Source of the DNA: an uncultured Candidatus Rokubacteria bacterium
GTDB taxonomy: Bacteria > Methylomirabilota > Methylomirabilia > Rokubacteriales > CSP1-6
Length of the DNA: 64,000 nt
Reading direction: 5' to 3'
Assembly (NCBI GenBank): GCA_963762145.1
Contig: CAVXJS010000021.1
Location: 384,001 to 448,000 of the forward strand
The notes under the pieces were generated by a model. It searched no databases. It was not told the DNA's origin and worked only from the letters and a program-made list of their open reading frames with translations. Both the position numbers and the translations under genes were made by a program. Positions within the stretch are counted from its first letter, which is position 1; each line of letters opens with the position of its first letter. Shown here in pieces: positions 19,708 through 29,879 of this stretch.

Positions 19708-21186
19708 TCAGGCTCCCGCGGCGCTGGCCCCGGCGAGACGGCCGAAGACCGCGCCCGACATCAGGCCCGTCCCGCCCGGGTAGTTGCCGTGGAAGAGCCC
19801 GCCGACCATCTCGCCGCACGCGAAGAGCCCGGGGATGGACGTCCAGCTCGTGCTCTGCACCTGCGCGTGCTCGTTCACGCGCACGCCCCCGAAGGTGAAG
19901 GTGATCCCGCCGGTGACCGGCCACGCGGTGAAGGGCGGGGTGTCCAGGCGCTGGGCCCAGTTCGACTTCGGCAGGGAGAGCCCGCGGGTCGCGAGCCCGT
20001 CGCGGACGGTGGGATCGAAGGTGCCCGACCCCACCGCGGCGTTGTACGCCTCGAGCGTCTCCAGGCACCGGGCCTGATCCACCGGGAGCTGCGCGACCAG
20101 CGCGGCGAGCGTGTCCGCGACGGCCGGCTGCCCGGTCTTGTAGCGCCCCTCGAGCAGGTCGGTGACCTTGGCGTCGAAGATCTGGTAGGCGACGCCCCGG
20201 GTCTGGTTGAGGATGATGCCGCCCAGCTTGGCGTACGTGTAGAACTGGAAATCCTCGCCCTCGTCGAAGAAGCGCCGGCCGTTCACGTCGACGAGCACGC
20301 CGTACGGATAGGACAGGCGGTTGGTCTTGTCGGTGAGCTTGCGGTCGCCATGAGGCGGCGCCTCGGCGTCGATCGGGGTCGAGTGACAGCCCGTCCACTG
20401 CCCGCACGGCAGGGCGCCGATCTCGAGAGCCATGCGCAGCCCGTCGCCGGTGTTGTAGCGGGTGCCGCGCACCTTGGCGTGATCCCACGGGCGGCCGAGG
20501 TACCGCGCCCGCCACTCCGGATTCGCCTCGAAGCCGCCGCAGCCCAGCACGACGGCGCCCGCGCTGATCTCACGGAAGCCGTCGGCATCGCGCACCCCCA
20601 CCCCGGTCACGCGCCCGCGGGCGTCCTGGACGAGCCGGACCGCGCTGGTGTCGTAGCGGATCTCGACCCCGCGCGCCTGCGCGGCCTTGAACCACATGGC
20701 CGAGAGCCCCACGCCCTCGTGGCGGGCCCGGATGATGGCGCCCGGCGACCACTTGATCGTGTTCCCGACCTTCACCGCGCTGAGCGAGACCGCCGGCTCC
20801 ATCACGATGCCCTGCTGCACCATCCAGCGCACCGTGTCGAGCGAGCGGCCGATCAGGATCTCGGACAGCTCCGGATCGCTCCGCCCCTCGGTGACGCGGT
20901 CGAGGTCGGCGCGGAACCGTTTCGCCGGATAGGGCTCGACGCCGGCGGGAAAGTCCGGGACCTCGGCGCGCGACTCGGGCACGAGCGGCAGGAGATCCTC
21001 GGGGTTGTCATAGGCGAAGCGCAGAAGGCCGCCGCTGTAGTGGGTGTTGCCGCCGCGCAGCTCGCGCGGCGCCTTCTCGAGCGCCACCACCCGGGCCGCG
21101 CCGTGCTCGCGCGCCGACACCGCCGCGGCCAGCGCCGCGTTCCCTGCCCCCACCACCACGACGTCGTAGTCCCGGTCGCCCGCCAT
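19708..21186 (-). CDS. tcuA: FAD-dependent tricarballylate dehydrogenase TcuA-like flavoprotein
   Basis: VVGAGNAA, RGGNT, GGFEAN, YNTGDG, GITFTFGG, NYPGGTGLMSGAVFGR. Confidence 0.8.
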   Translation of the reverse strand: MAGDRDYDVVVVGAGNAALAAAVSAREHGAARVVALEKAPRELRGGNTHYSGGLLRFAYDNPEDLLPLVPESRAEVPDFPAGVEPYPAKRFRADLDRVTEGRSDPELSEILIGRSLDTVRWMVQQGIVMEPAVSLSAVKVGNTIKWSPGAIIRARHEGVGLSAMWFKAAQARGVEIRYDTSAVRLVQDARGRVTGVGVRDADGFREISAGAVVLGCGGFEANPEWRARYLGRPWDHAKVRGTRYNTGDGLRMALEIGALPCGQWTGCHSTPIDAEAPPHGDRKLTDKTNRLSYPYGVLVDVNGRRFFDEGEDFQFYTYAKLGGIILNQTRGVAYQIFDAKVTDLLEGRYKTGQPAVADTLAALVAQLPVDQARCLETLEAYNAAVGSGTFDPTVRDGLATRGLSLPKSNWAQRLDTPPFTAWPVTGGITFTFGGVRVNEHAQVQSTSWTSIPGLFACGEMVGGLFHGNYPGGTGLMSGAVFGRLAGASAAGA

Positions 21187-21194
21187 GACGCCTC

Positions 21195-22810
21195 CTATCG
21201 GAACGTGAACCCGGCGTAGCCGGCGGCCGCGACCTCGTCGCACTTCTCGCGGTACTTCGGGGCGCCGCCGGCGTAGACGATGAATGTGCGCTTCTGCTTG
21301 CCTGCCACGTTGGAGTTGATGCCCATCATCCAGGAGTCGACCTGGGTGAACAGCATGCGCTGCCCGGTCTCGTGCACGTGCTCGGTCCACTCGCGCTCGG
21401 CCTCCGCGGTGGCCTCCACGCGGGCGTGGCCCCGCTCGCGCATGTGCGCGATGAGCGCGGTCACCCAGTCGACGTTCTGCTCGATGCAGCGCGGGATGTT
21501 GCAGAACGTGGCCGCGTTGTGCGGGCCGACCAGCGTGAACAGGTTCGGGAAAGCCCACGACCTGCAGGCCGAGGTAGGTGCGCGGCCCCTCCGCCCACTT
21601 GTCCCGCAGCCGCCGACCGCCCGCGCCGCGGACGTCGATGCGGTCGAACGCCCCGGTGATGGCGTCGAAGCCGGTGGCGTAGATGATCATGTCGAACTCG
21701 CGCTCGACGTCGGTCGGTCCGGATGCCGGCGGGCGTGATCGCGCTCGATCGGCGTCTCCCGGAGGTCGACGAGCTGCACGTTCGGCTGGTTGTAGACCTC
21801 GTAGTAGCCGCTCTCGAGCGGCACGCGGCGGGTGCCGAAGCCGTGGTTGGTCGGGACCAGCTTCTCCGCGACCTTCGGGTCCTTGACGCGCTCGCGGATC
21901 TTCCGGCGCATGAACTCGGTGATGGTGGCGTTGGCCTCCGCGTCGACCAGCATGTCGCGGAAGTTGCCCATCCAGATGCCGAAGCCGGGCTCGCGGTAGA
22001 GCTTCTCGTAGAACGCCTCGCGCTCCTCCGGGCTCACCTCGAGCGCCTTGCGCGGATCGGCCTGGTGGATGAAGCAGCCGAAGGAATCACGGCAGAGCGC
22101 GAAGATCTCGGGGTAGCGTCGCCTTGATGTCGGGCCTGGGTGGCCGCGTCGATCCGGCTGTTGTGCAGCGGCGCGCACCAGTTCGGCGTGCGCTGGAACA
22201 CGGTGAGGTGGCCCACCGTCTTGGCGATCTCGGTGATCGCCTGCACCGCGGTCGCGCCGGTGCCGATCACCGCGACGCGCTTGCCGGCGAAGCTCACCGG
22301 CTCGTGCGGCCACCGGCCGGTGTGGTAGGCCTCGCCGCGGAAGGTCCCGACGCCCGGGATGGTCGGCATGGTCGGCGTCGACAGGGGCCCGATCGCGGTG
22401 ATCAGGAACCGGGCGCGCGCGCGCCGGCCGTCCTCGCTCTCGATCTCCCACTGGCCGGCGGCGTCGTCGTAGACCGCGGCCGCGGACCCGGCGTCGAACT
22501 CGATGTCGCGGCGCAGGTCGAGCTTGTCGGCGACGAAGTTGCAGTAGCGCAGCGTCTCCGGCTGGGCCGCGAAGTGCTCGCTCCACTCCCACTCGCGCAG
22601 GATCTCCTCGGAGAAGGAGTAGCCGTAGGTCCAGCTCTCCGAGTCGAAGCGCGCGCCCGGGTAGCGGTTCCAGTACCAGGTGCCGCCGACGCCGGCGCCG
22701 GCCTCGAACACCCGCGCGCGCAGACCGAGCCCGCGCAGCCGGTGGAGCTGGTACATGCCGGAGATCCCGGCGCCGATGACGATGGCGTCGTAGCTGGCCG
22801 TGGCAGACAT
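21195..22810 (-). CDS. Baeyer-Villiger monooxygenase (several frameshifts)
   Basis: IGAGISG, GGTWYWNRYPGARFDSE, FRGEAYHTGRWP fingerprint, IGTGATAVQ, FQRTPNW, IIYATGFDA, spread over several frames. Confidence 0.88.
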
Positions 22811-22878
22811 CCCTCGCCTCCCGTCCGGAGCATAGCAAAGCTTGCCGATTCGTCTCGGTTTCCCTATTCTCAGCGGGA

Positions 22879-23100
22879 GTGATGAAGCTTCGGACGTTCC
22901 TCCTCGCGGTCGTCGGCCTGACCCTCGTCCCTCTCGTGGGAGTCGCCGGCGTCGCGATCTGGTGGGCCCACCAGGACGAGCCGCGCGCCATGGAGCAGGC
23001 CCCGCGCTTCCTGACCGTGACGGTGGATCGCGAGGCCAGCCCCCAAGTAAGTCGAACCCTCTCCCCTCTGGGGAGAGGGCAGGGTGAGGGGCCGAAGTAG
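22879..23100 (+). pseudogene. Truncated N-terminus of a membrane sensor (histidine kinase-like)
   Basis: MKLRTFLLAVVGLTLVPLVGVAGVAIWW TM1-like start; the ORF runs into a REP-like element and stops after 73 aa. Confidence 0.45.
23057..23091. repeat. REP-like palindromic element (copy 2)
   Basis: ccctctcccc-tct-ggggagagggcagggtgagggg. Confidence 0.8.
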
Positions 23101-23302
23101 GCCCCGCGCTTCGGGCAATTCGGGAGCGATCCGAGGGCATCACGCCCGCGCGACCGCGCTCCGGACCCGGCGCCAACCGGGAGCTTTGCTCCCACGGCCG
23201 CGCCGCCGGCGTGCGCCGGGTGCCTCATTCCACGGTGTTACACGCTGTCCTGACGCGGCCGGTCGAAGGGATGTCGCGCGGCCCCATCCAGTCCCATCGC
23301 CC

Positions 23303-23318
23303 TGGCACTGTCGATGCT
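23303..23318 (+). promoter_or_regulatory. Putative sigma54 -24/-12 promoter
   Basis: TGGCACTGTCGATGCT with exact GG-N10-GC spacing, about 65 nt upstream of ATG 23383. Confidence 0.5.
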
Positions 23319-23382
23319 GTTGCTCGTTCGCCAGGTGGAGTCGACTGGTGGTGCGAACGCAGCGCGACAGGAGGACAGAGCG

Positions 23383-23607
23383 ATGAACAGAACTCGACGG
23401 GCAATTGGGGTCGCATTCATCCTGCTCGCCGTGCTCGGCACGGCCTGGGCTCTGGAGCATCGAGGAGCCGGCCTTCGGACGGAACACGAAGCTCCGCGCG
23501 ACGCCGGCACGCCCACCACGGTCGCGCCGCAGGAGTCAGGCGCGGGCCGGGTGATCGACGCGCACCCGGAATACGACCGGTCCGATCTTCTCCTGACCCA
23601 AGGGTAG
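23383..23607 (+). CDS. Small hypothetical secreted protein
   Basis: AGGAGG RBS; signal peptide MNRTRRAIGVAFILLAVLGTAWA. Confidence 0.6.
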   Translation: MNRTRRAIGVAFILLAVLGTAWALEHRGAGLRTEHEAPRDAGTPTTVAPQESGAGRVIDAHPEYDRSDLLLTQG

Positions 23608-23662
23608 GACGCGTCTCCAGGCCCGGGGCCATGGCGGCCGACGGCCTCATGGCCCTGGGCTC

Positions 23663-23845
23663 TCACCCCAGCAGGTCCTCGATCTTCACCGGCAGCTCGC
23701 GCATGCGAACTCCGGTCGCGTGGTGCACCAAATCGGTGATTGCGGCGGCAATGCCGGCCAGGCCGATCTCGCCGATCCCGCGGGCGCCCAGCGCGTTGAT
23801 CTCCATGTCCGGGAAGTCGAGGAAATGCACCTCGATCGGTCCGGC
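23663..23845 (-). pseudogene. C-terminal remnant of a xanthine dehydrogenase family molybdopterin-binding subunit
   Basis: IEVHFLDFPD..NALGARGIGEIGLAGIAAAI..ATGVRMRELPVKIEDLL; the rest of the roughly 700-aa protein is missing. Confidence 0.8.
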
Positions 23846-23984
23846 AGGCGCGCGGGTGGATCGTCTCGCATAGAAACCTCCCGGTCGGGTGAGCGGCTGG
23901 ACGATCATGGGTTGTGACGGCGCGGAGCGCGCCACGGGCGGCGGGAGAATCGATTTACAGCAAGAACGCGAAACTGACTACGAG

Positions 23985-24017
23985 GCGGGGGCCCGGCGTT
24001 CTACCCGGTACCCCCGC
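23985..24017 (-). terminator. Hairpin downstream of the thiolase gene
   Basis: gcgggggcccgg...ccggtacccccgc imperfect stem just after the stop at 24034. Confidence 0.35.
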
Positions 24018-24033
24018 GGCGGTGGAGGGAGGC

Positions 24034-25230
24034 TCAGCTTCGCTCGGAGCCGACCACCGACACGAACGACACGCACTCCCCCGGCGCCCCGCCCAGGTTG
24101 TGCGTCAGCGCGAGCTTCCGCCCGCGCGCGATGCTGGCGATCTGCCGCTTCCCCGCCTCGCCGCGGAGCTGCAGCCACGCCTCGAACAGCATGCGAAGCC
24201 CGGAGGCGCCGATCGGGTGGCCGAAGGACTTGAGCCCCCCGTCCGGATTCACCGCCAGCTCGCCTTCCAGGTCGAAGGTGCCGTTGAGCACCTCCTTCCA
24301 CGCGGTGCCGCGCGGGGCGAAGCCGAGATCCTCCATCAGCACCAGCTCGGTGGGCGTGAAGCAGTCGTGCACCTCGGCCATGGCCAGCTCGGCGCGCGGG
24401 TCCTTGATGCCGGCCTGCGCATAGGCGTCCGCGGCCGAGGCCACCACCTCGGGGAAGGTCGTGTAATCGTAGTCGGGGTCGATCGGCCCGGTGGCGGGCC
24501 CCGCGATGAACGAGAGCGCCTTCACGAAGAGCGGCTTGTCGGTGTACTTGTAGGCGTCCTCCGCGCGCACGATGATCGCGGCGGCGGAGCCGTCGGACAC
24601 ACCCGAGCAGTCGAAGATGCCGAGCGCGCCCGCCACCTGGGGCGAGCAGGCGATGACGTCCTTGGCCACTTCCTTGCGGAACTGCGCGCGCGGGTTGAGG
24701 GCGCCGTTCTTGTGGTTCTTCCACGCGATGCGGGTCATCGCCTCCTTGAAGGTAGCGTCGTCCACGCCGTACTTCTTGGCGTACGCGGGCGCGAGCAGGC
24801 TGAACGTCGCCGGCGCGGTGAGGCCCGCGCGCGTGCCGTCCTCCGGCGCGCCGATCGACGGCAGCCCGGAGATGCCCGAGTCCTTCAGCTTCTCGACGCC
24901 GATGGCCATCGCCATGTCGTAGGCGCCGCAGGCCACCGCGTAACAGGCGTTGCGGAAGGCCTCGGAGCCGGTGGCGCAGTAGTTCTCGAGCCGGCTCACC
25001 GGCTTGTAGTCGAGCTTGAGCGGGCGCGAGAGCGTGAGCCCGCTCTGCCCGGAAAAGAGCGTGCCGAGCCAGAAGGCATCCACCGCGTCGATCGGCACGT
25101 TGGCCGAGTTGAGCGCGTCCTGGGAGGATTCCACCAGGAGATCGCTCACGCTCTTGTCCCAGCGCTCGCCGAAGCTGGTGCAGCCCATGCCGACGATCGC
25201 CACGCGGTCCCGGATCCCGTTGCTGGCCAT
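24034..25230 (-). CDS. Thiolase-like acetyl-CoA acetyltransferase (SCP-x/PhlC type)
   Basis: ENYCATGSEA, SGVSDGSAA, AEVHDCF, NPDGGLKSFGHPIGASG, HNLGG. Confidence 0.9.
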   Translation of the reverse strand: MASNGIRDRVAIVGMGCTSFGERWDKSVSDLLVESSQDALNSANVPIDAVDAFWLGTLFSGQSGLTLSRPLKLDYKPVSRLENYCATGSEAFRNACYAVACGAYDMAMAIGVEKLKDSGISGLPSIGAPEDGTRAGLTAPATFSLLAPAYAKKYGVDDATFKEAMTRIAWKNHKNGALNPRAQFRKEVAKDVIACSPQVAGALGIFDCSGVSDGSAAAIIVRAEDAYKYTDKPLFVKALSFIAGPATGPIDPDYDYTTFPEVVASAADAYAQAGIKDPRAELAMAEVHDCFTPTELVLMEDLGFAPRGTAWKEVLNGTFDLEGELAVNPDGGLKSFGHPIGASGLRMLFEAWLQLRGEAGKRQIASIARGRKLALTHNLGGAPGECVSFVSVVGSERS

Positions 25231-25303
25231 GGTGACGCCTCCTCTTGCTCGATCTCACGCGCCCCGGCGGGGTCGCGCCTTCAGGATCTTATCAGCAAAT
25301 GCG

Positions 25304-25810
25304 CTACGCGTCGGGCATGCCGTTGGCCTTGCGGATCTTGGCGATCTGCCCGGCGTGGTCGTTCCAGTGGAAGTCGAACATCGCGCCCACGTACACCGGC
25401 AGCGCGATCTCGTCGGTCCCCATGAACTGCTTGAAGAGCGGAATCTTCGCCTTCCGTCCCAGATCCGCGGGACCGAGGGAGTCGAGGTAGCTGAGGAGGC
25501 CGCGGCGCTGGGTCTCGAGCGCCTCCTGGAGCTGGCCGAGCGTCATCTTCTGCCGCTCCGGCGTGACCGCGGAATCTCCCGGCTTGATCTCGATGACCGG
25601 CAGACTGGAGACCGCGAAGCTCTGGAGCACGGCCACCGGCGACTTCGCCTCCGGATCCCCCAGGAGATGGCAGAGGACCTGCCGGGTGGTCCACTCGCCC
25701 GGCGCGTCCGACTTGTCCAGGTGCGGCTCCATCCCCTGAAGCTGTTTCGAGAGATTCGCCGCCGCGGCGTCGCTCTTCCGCTTCAGCTCGTCGATTGCCG
25801 CAGTGGCCAT
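25304..25810 (-). CDS. DinB family protein
   Basis: GEWTTRQVLCHL and FHWNDHAGQI metal-binding His pattern. Confidence 0.75.
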   Translation of the reverse strand: MATAAIDELKRKSDAAAANLSKQLQGMEPHLDKSDAPGEWTTRQVLCHLLGDPEAKSPVAVLQSFAVSSLPVIEIKPGDSAVTPERQKMTLGQLQEALETQRRGLLSYLDSLGPADLGRKAKIPLFKQFMGTDEIALPVYVGAMFDFHWNDHAGQIAKIRKANGMPDA

Positions 25811-25834
25811 TGGTCGGCTCCTCGCTGGTGCGGT

Positions 25835-28284
25835 TCAGCCCCGAAGTCCCGGGGCGACGTGCAGGTCCGCCAGGTTGATTCGATCCTGGAGCTTCGGGTT
25901 GTCCAGGTCGACCTGGACCCGGAGCGCCCGGAGGCCCTGGACCCCCTGGAGCTCTTCCAGGTCGAGCTGCTCGGTGCGACCGGTCAGGTAACCGAGACTC
26001 TGCAGATACTCGATGTACGCGCGGTATTCCAGCGCCTCGCCGGGCTGGCTGTAGACGAGCGCCACCTTCCCGGGCTGGGTGACGCGCTCGGTCGTCCCTT
26101 CGACCAGCGCCTTGTCGATTCGCTTCTTCATGATCTCGTACCGGATGTCGTAGGCTCCATCGACGTCGAACCGCTTCTCGTCGAATCGGAACCGGATCGA
26201 GAGCGGCGCGTGCTGGACGAGAATCAAGTGCGTCGTCTCGAGCGGGATCGGCAGGCCGTCGCGCAGCTGATGCGCGCGAGCCGCCATCCCGCACGTGATC
26301 ATGAGCTGCCACAGACGCAGGTTCTTCAGACAGAGGGGGTCGACGCGGCCGTTCTCCAGCAGCGCCGGGCCGACGTAGATCTGGTAGTCGACTCCGTCGG
26401 TCTTCTGCTTCTCGAAGTAGTGCGGGAACCTCGCCTGGGCGGCCTGCTGCTCGAGCTCCAGGTACGACGAGATGGTCTCTGCGATGGAGGTGACGCTCTC
26501 CTCGAACATCCGGCGCCGGTGGTACACGGTGCCGAGCGCGCGCGTCGAGACCGGCACGGTAGGCGACGATCTGCTCCCGGACGCCGGCGCCGAACGTGCC
26601 GAGATGATCGAGGAGGCCCTCCACCTCGGTCCGCAGGAACGCGATGAGCCCGATCTCGTCGCTCGAGCTCAAACCGCGCTCGATGTGAGCGGTGCGACTG
26701 TCGATCCGGTAGGCCAGCTCGTCCAAGGCCGGCCCGGGCCGCGTCTCGCTCGCGCTCTGGACCACCGCCCGCGCGAGGCGAAGCTGCTGGAGCAGGTCGG
26801 CCTGGATGGCCCGCCCGCGCTGCGTCGAGGACCCGCGAATGTCCGCGAGGCCATAGAGCGGGTACACGCCCTCGAAGACGATCGGCTCCAGCTCGGTCAC
26901 CTTGCTCGCGCTGCCGCGATCCCGGTCGAAGGCGTTGAGCACCGCCTTCCGGAAGCGCCACTCGACGGTCGGGTGAATCGCCGTGCATTGCTCGTTGATG
27001 ACGGTCTGGATGCGGCTGTTCAGCTCCTCCACGCTGCGCTGGACCGCCATGGAGAACAGCGGCAGCACTTCCTGAAGCTTTGGCAGGTGGGTCGCGCTCA
27101 GAGCGCCGACGTTGGCGGAGGCCAGCTCGAGGGTGCCGATCACCCGGTCCTGATAGTGGAGCGGCGCGCAGACGATGGTCCGCACCCCGCTCTGGCATCA
27201 GCTCCTCCTCCACCGGCGTCCGGCCGGGGTACTCGGTCAGATCCTCGATCACGATCGGCCGATCCTCGACGACCACCCGCTCGTAGAGCGAGCCCCGGTA
27301 CTCGGCGGTCGTGTGGTGGGCGGAATCCGCGAAGATGCAGGCCTGCTCGTGCCGCGAGGCGTCGCTCAGGACGAGCACGCGATCTCCCTCGACGGCGGCC
27401 AGGCCCAGGCGCAGGTCGGGCCGGCGGAAGAACGTCCTGAGCTTCGCCTGCAATCCCTGGAAGTGGGAGCTCGACACGATCGAGTCCTTGTCGATCAGAT
27501 CGCGCTTGATCGAGGACAGGACCTCCTGGTCGGTGACGTCGACCGCCTTCACGATCATGAAGCCGCGCAGGACGAACCGCTCCGGCGGCAGCAGCGCGCG
27601 GAGCTCCTCACCGTCGATGCGGCCCGTCTTCACTCTCTGCCGCACCCCGTCGGGCAGCGGCGGCTTGGACCCGACGACCTCCACGTCGACGAACCGCCAG
27701 TCGAACTGCAGCCGGAAGTGCTGATCCAGGCCCGTGACGGAATCGCTGGTGGTGAAGATCATCACCGGAACGTCGCCTCCGAGCTCGACGCCGTAGACCC
27801 GCTCGAGGATCAGCTCGTAGGCGAGCGCGAGCCGCTCGGCCGCCATCGTCGGGTCCACGGTGCGCTTCCGCAGGAAGCTCGCCAGGCCCTGCAGCGTGCC
27901 GTCCGCATTCATGAGCGAGCGCCGGAAGGGAGGCGTCGCGTAGAACGCCCGCAGATGGAAGGGGAAGAGGGCCGCGCCGTACTCCTGCTCCCAGAAGGCC
28001 GGCGGGAAGAGCGCGGTCATCATCAGGTCGACGAACGTCTGATGCGTGCCGATGACCGACAGGTCGTCGATCACCCGGGCCAGCTCGGGGGCCTCCCGGG
28101 CCTTCTCGCGAACCAGACCCGGGATCGGCCCCCGGCCGAACTCGTGATAGGCGGAGAGCTGGGTCCAGAACGTGATCAGCGGGGCGAGGCTCAGCTCGCA
28201 CCTGAACGGGAACGCGTCCGGATCCGCGCCGGCCGTACCACGACCGGCGGTCGAGCCGGACACCGCGCCATTCACCGTCGCCAT
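25835..28284 (-). CDS. Large GAF domain-containing protein with an uncharacterised C-terminal domain (frameshifts near 27195 and 26545)
   Basis: Three abutting ORF segments; GAF signature RTIVCAPLHYQDRVIGTLEL; motifs TAIHPTVEWRF, ADIRGSS, KTDGVDY, FDVDGAYDIRYE. Confidence 0.8.
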
Positions 28285-28336
28285 GCAGGGATTCTACCAG
28301 CCGGGTCGACCCCCGTCGCCCCCTGCCGGGCCGGGA

Positions 28337-29743
28337 TCAGCGGAGCGGCTTACACTTCCAGAAGTAGTTGTGCACGTCGTGAGCGGTCATGAGCCGGCGG
28401 AACGTCATCTCCACCCGATCGCCGATCTTCACCGCCGCCGGGTCCACGTCGGTCAGCTCGCAGGTGAAGCGCCCCCCGCCCTCGAAGTCGAGCACGCCCA
28501 CCACCACCGGCGGCGACAGCGAGTAGGCGAGGCGGTCCACCGTGTAGGTCGCGATGGTCGCGGGGACATCCGCCATGCGCTCGGGCGTCATGCGGTCCAC
28601 CGCCCGGCACTTCAGGCACACGCGCGTCGGCGGCAGGTGCCGCGTGCCGCACGTCTGGCACCGGCTTCCCGTGAAGCCGAACTTCCACGCCTCGGCCCGG
28701 AGGGCCGGCGGCGCGGCGGGGGCCTGCGGATCCGGCCGGCGCGGCGGCTCGCGCTTGAGAAAGCCGCGCCAGGTGAGGAACGAGGCGTAGGAAACCTTGC
28801 CTCCCGCCTTGATCTGATCGGCCACCGGCACCCGCTGCCGATTTCGCGCGAGCGCGGCGGTCGCCCGCCAGATCGTCACGTCGCAGCCGTCGGCCAGCGA
28901 GACCACCATGATGAGGTCGTCGGCCTGCGCGCGGTCGAGCGCGTCGGCCAGCAGCACCCCGGCGTGCGCCGCGCCGGTGTTGCCCACCGTCCCGGTGAGA
29001 TCGTCGGCGAGCGCGGCCGGCTTTGCGCCCACCGCCGCCGCCGCGCGCTTGTTCGCGCGCCCGTGCGGCCCCGCGACGATCAGCGCCGCGAGGTCGCCGG
29101 CGGTGACGCCCGCCTGCTTCAGGGCGCTCGCGATCGCGGCCTCCGCGAGCGGCACGTAGGCGTGCTCGCCGAAGCGCTCCTCCCACTGCCGCGAGGCCGC
29201 ATCGCCCGGCACCCGCCAGCGCTCGAGGAACTCCGCGGTGACCGACGCGGCGCCGACCGGCTCGGCCAGCACCGGGGTGTCGCCGGCGCCCAGAGCCAGC
29301 AGAAACGCCGCCGCCGCGTCGCCCCCGTCGCGCTCGTCCGCGCCGCCCGGCAGCCCGGTGCGGATGTCGGCCAGCACGGCCAGCGTCGGCCGCCCGGCGT
29401 CCATCGCGGCGCGCAGCGCGCCCGCCGCCGAGCGGATCGAGCCGAGCATGTCGTAGGCCATCGCGGAGTCGTCCAGCGCGAGCGCCGCGTGGATCGCGGT
29501 GGCATTGGTCTTGTCGAGATAGGCCGGGTCAGCGGTGGCGAAGTAGACCGCGGCGGGCGCCAGCCGCGGGGCCCCGCGCAGCGCGGTCCGGGCCGCCTCC
29601 ACGCCCATGGAGGTCGTGTCCTCGTCGTAGGAGGCGACGACCCGGGTGCCCTTCCCGCCCCCGCTGCCGAGGGTCTCGCCGATGGCCTTCCGGTCGAGGC
29701 GGAAATAGGGGAGATAGGCGCCGTAGGCGACGATGCCGTTCAT
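28337..29743 (-). CDS. HMG-CoA synthase-like / DUF35 (Zn ribbon + OB-fold) fusion
   Basis: GIVAYGAYLP, YDEDTTSMGVEAA, GGDAAAA, VGNTGAA; C-terminal CQTC..CLKC, ATYTVD, VEMTFRR, NYFWK. Confidence 0.88.
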   Translation of the reverse strand: MNGIVAYGAYLPYFRLDRKAIGETLGSGGGKGTRVVASYDEDTTSMGVEAARTALRGAPRLAPAAVYFATADPAYLDKTNATAIHAALALDDSAMAYDMLGSIRSAAGALRAAMDAGRPTLAVLADIRTGLPGGADERDGGDAAAAFLLALGAGDTPVLAEPVGAASVTAEFLERWRVPGDAASRQWEERFGEHAYVPLAEAAIASALKQAGVTAGDLAALIVAGPHGRANKRAAAAVGAKPAALADDLTGTVGNTGAAHAGVLLADALDRAQADDLIMVVSLADGCDVTIWRATAALARNRQRVPVADQIKAGGKVSYASFLTWRGFLKREPPRRPDPQAPAAPPALRAEAWKFGFTGSRCQTCGTRHLPPTRVCLKCRAVDRMTPERMADVPATIATYTVDRLAYSLSPPVVVGVLDFEGGGRFTCELTDVDPAAVKIGDRVEMTFRRLMTAHDVHNYFWKCKPLR

Positions 29744-29772
29744 GGGGATCGAACCTATCACAAGTGGCCCAT

Positions 29773-29807
29773 CCCCCTCTCCCTCAGGGAGAGGGCAGGA
29801 TGAGGGG
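29773..29807. repeat. REP-like palindromic element (copy 3)
   Basis: ccccctctccc-tca-gggagagggcaggatgagggg. Confidence 0.75.
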
Positions 29808-29879
29808 TGGTCGCACATCTGATAGGCTCCCAGGACATGGCGCCGGAAGCACGCCCCCTGACACTGCTGGAGCGCGAGC

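Noticed and set aside
19708-21690. Apparent BVMO-fragment/TcuA fusion ORF of 660 aa
   Set aside because: The BVMO ends at 21195 in another frame, and TcuA has its own AGGAGG RBS and ATG at 21186.
23850-24030. Possible structured ncRNA or tRNA remnant
   Set aside because: No cloverleaf, T-loop or riboswitch consensus is recognisable, only a terminator-like hairpin.
1490-29743. Complete DAPG (phlACBD) biosynthetic cluster
   Set aside because: The PKS is 22 kb from the thiolase and HMGS-DUF35 genes, has its own tailoring partners, and is separated by unrelated genes.
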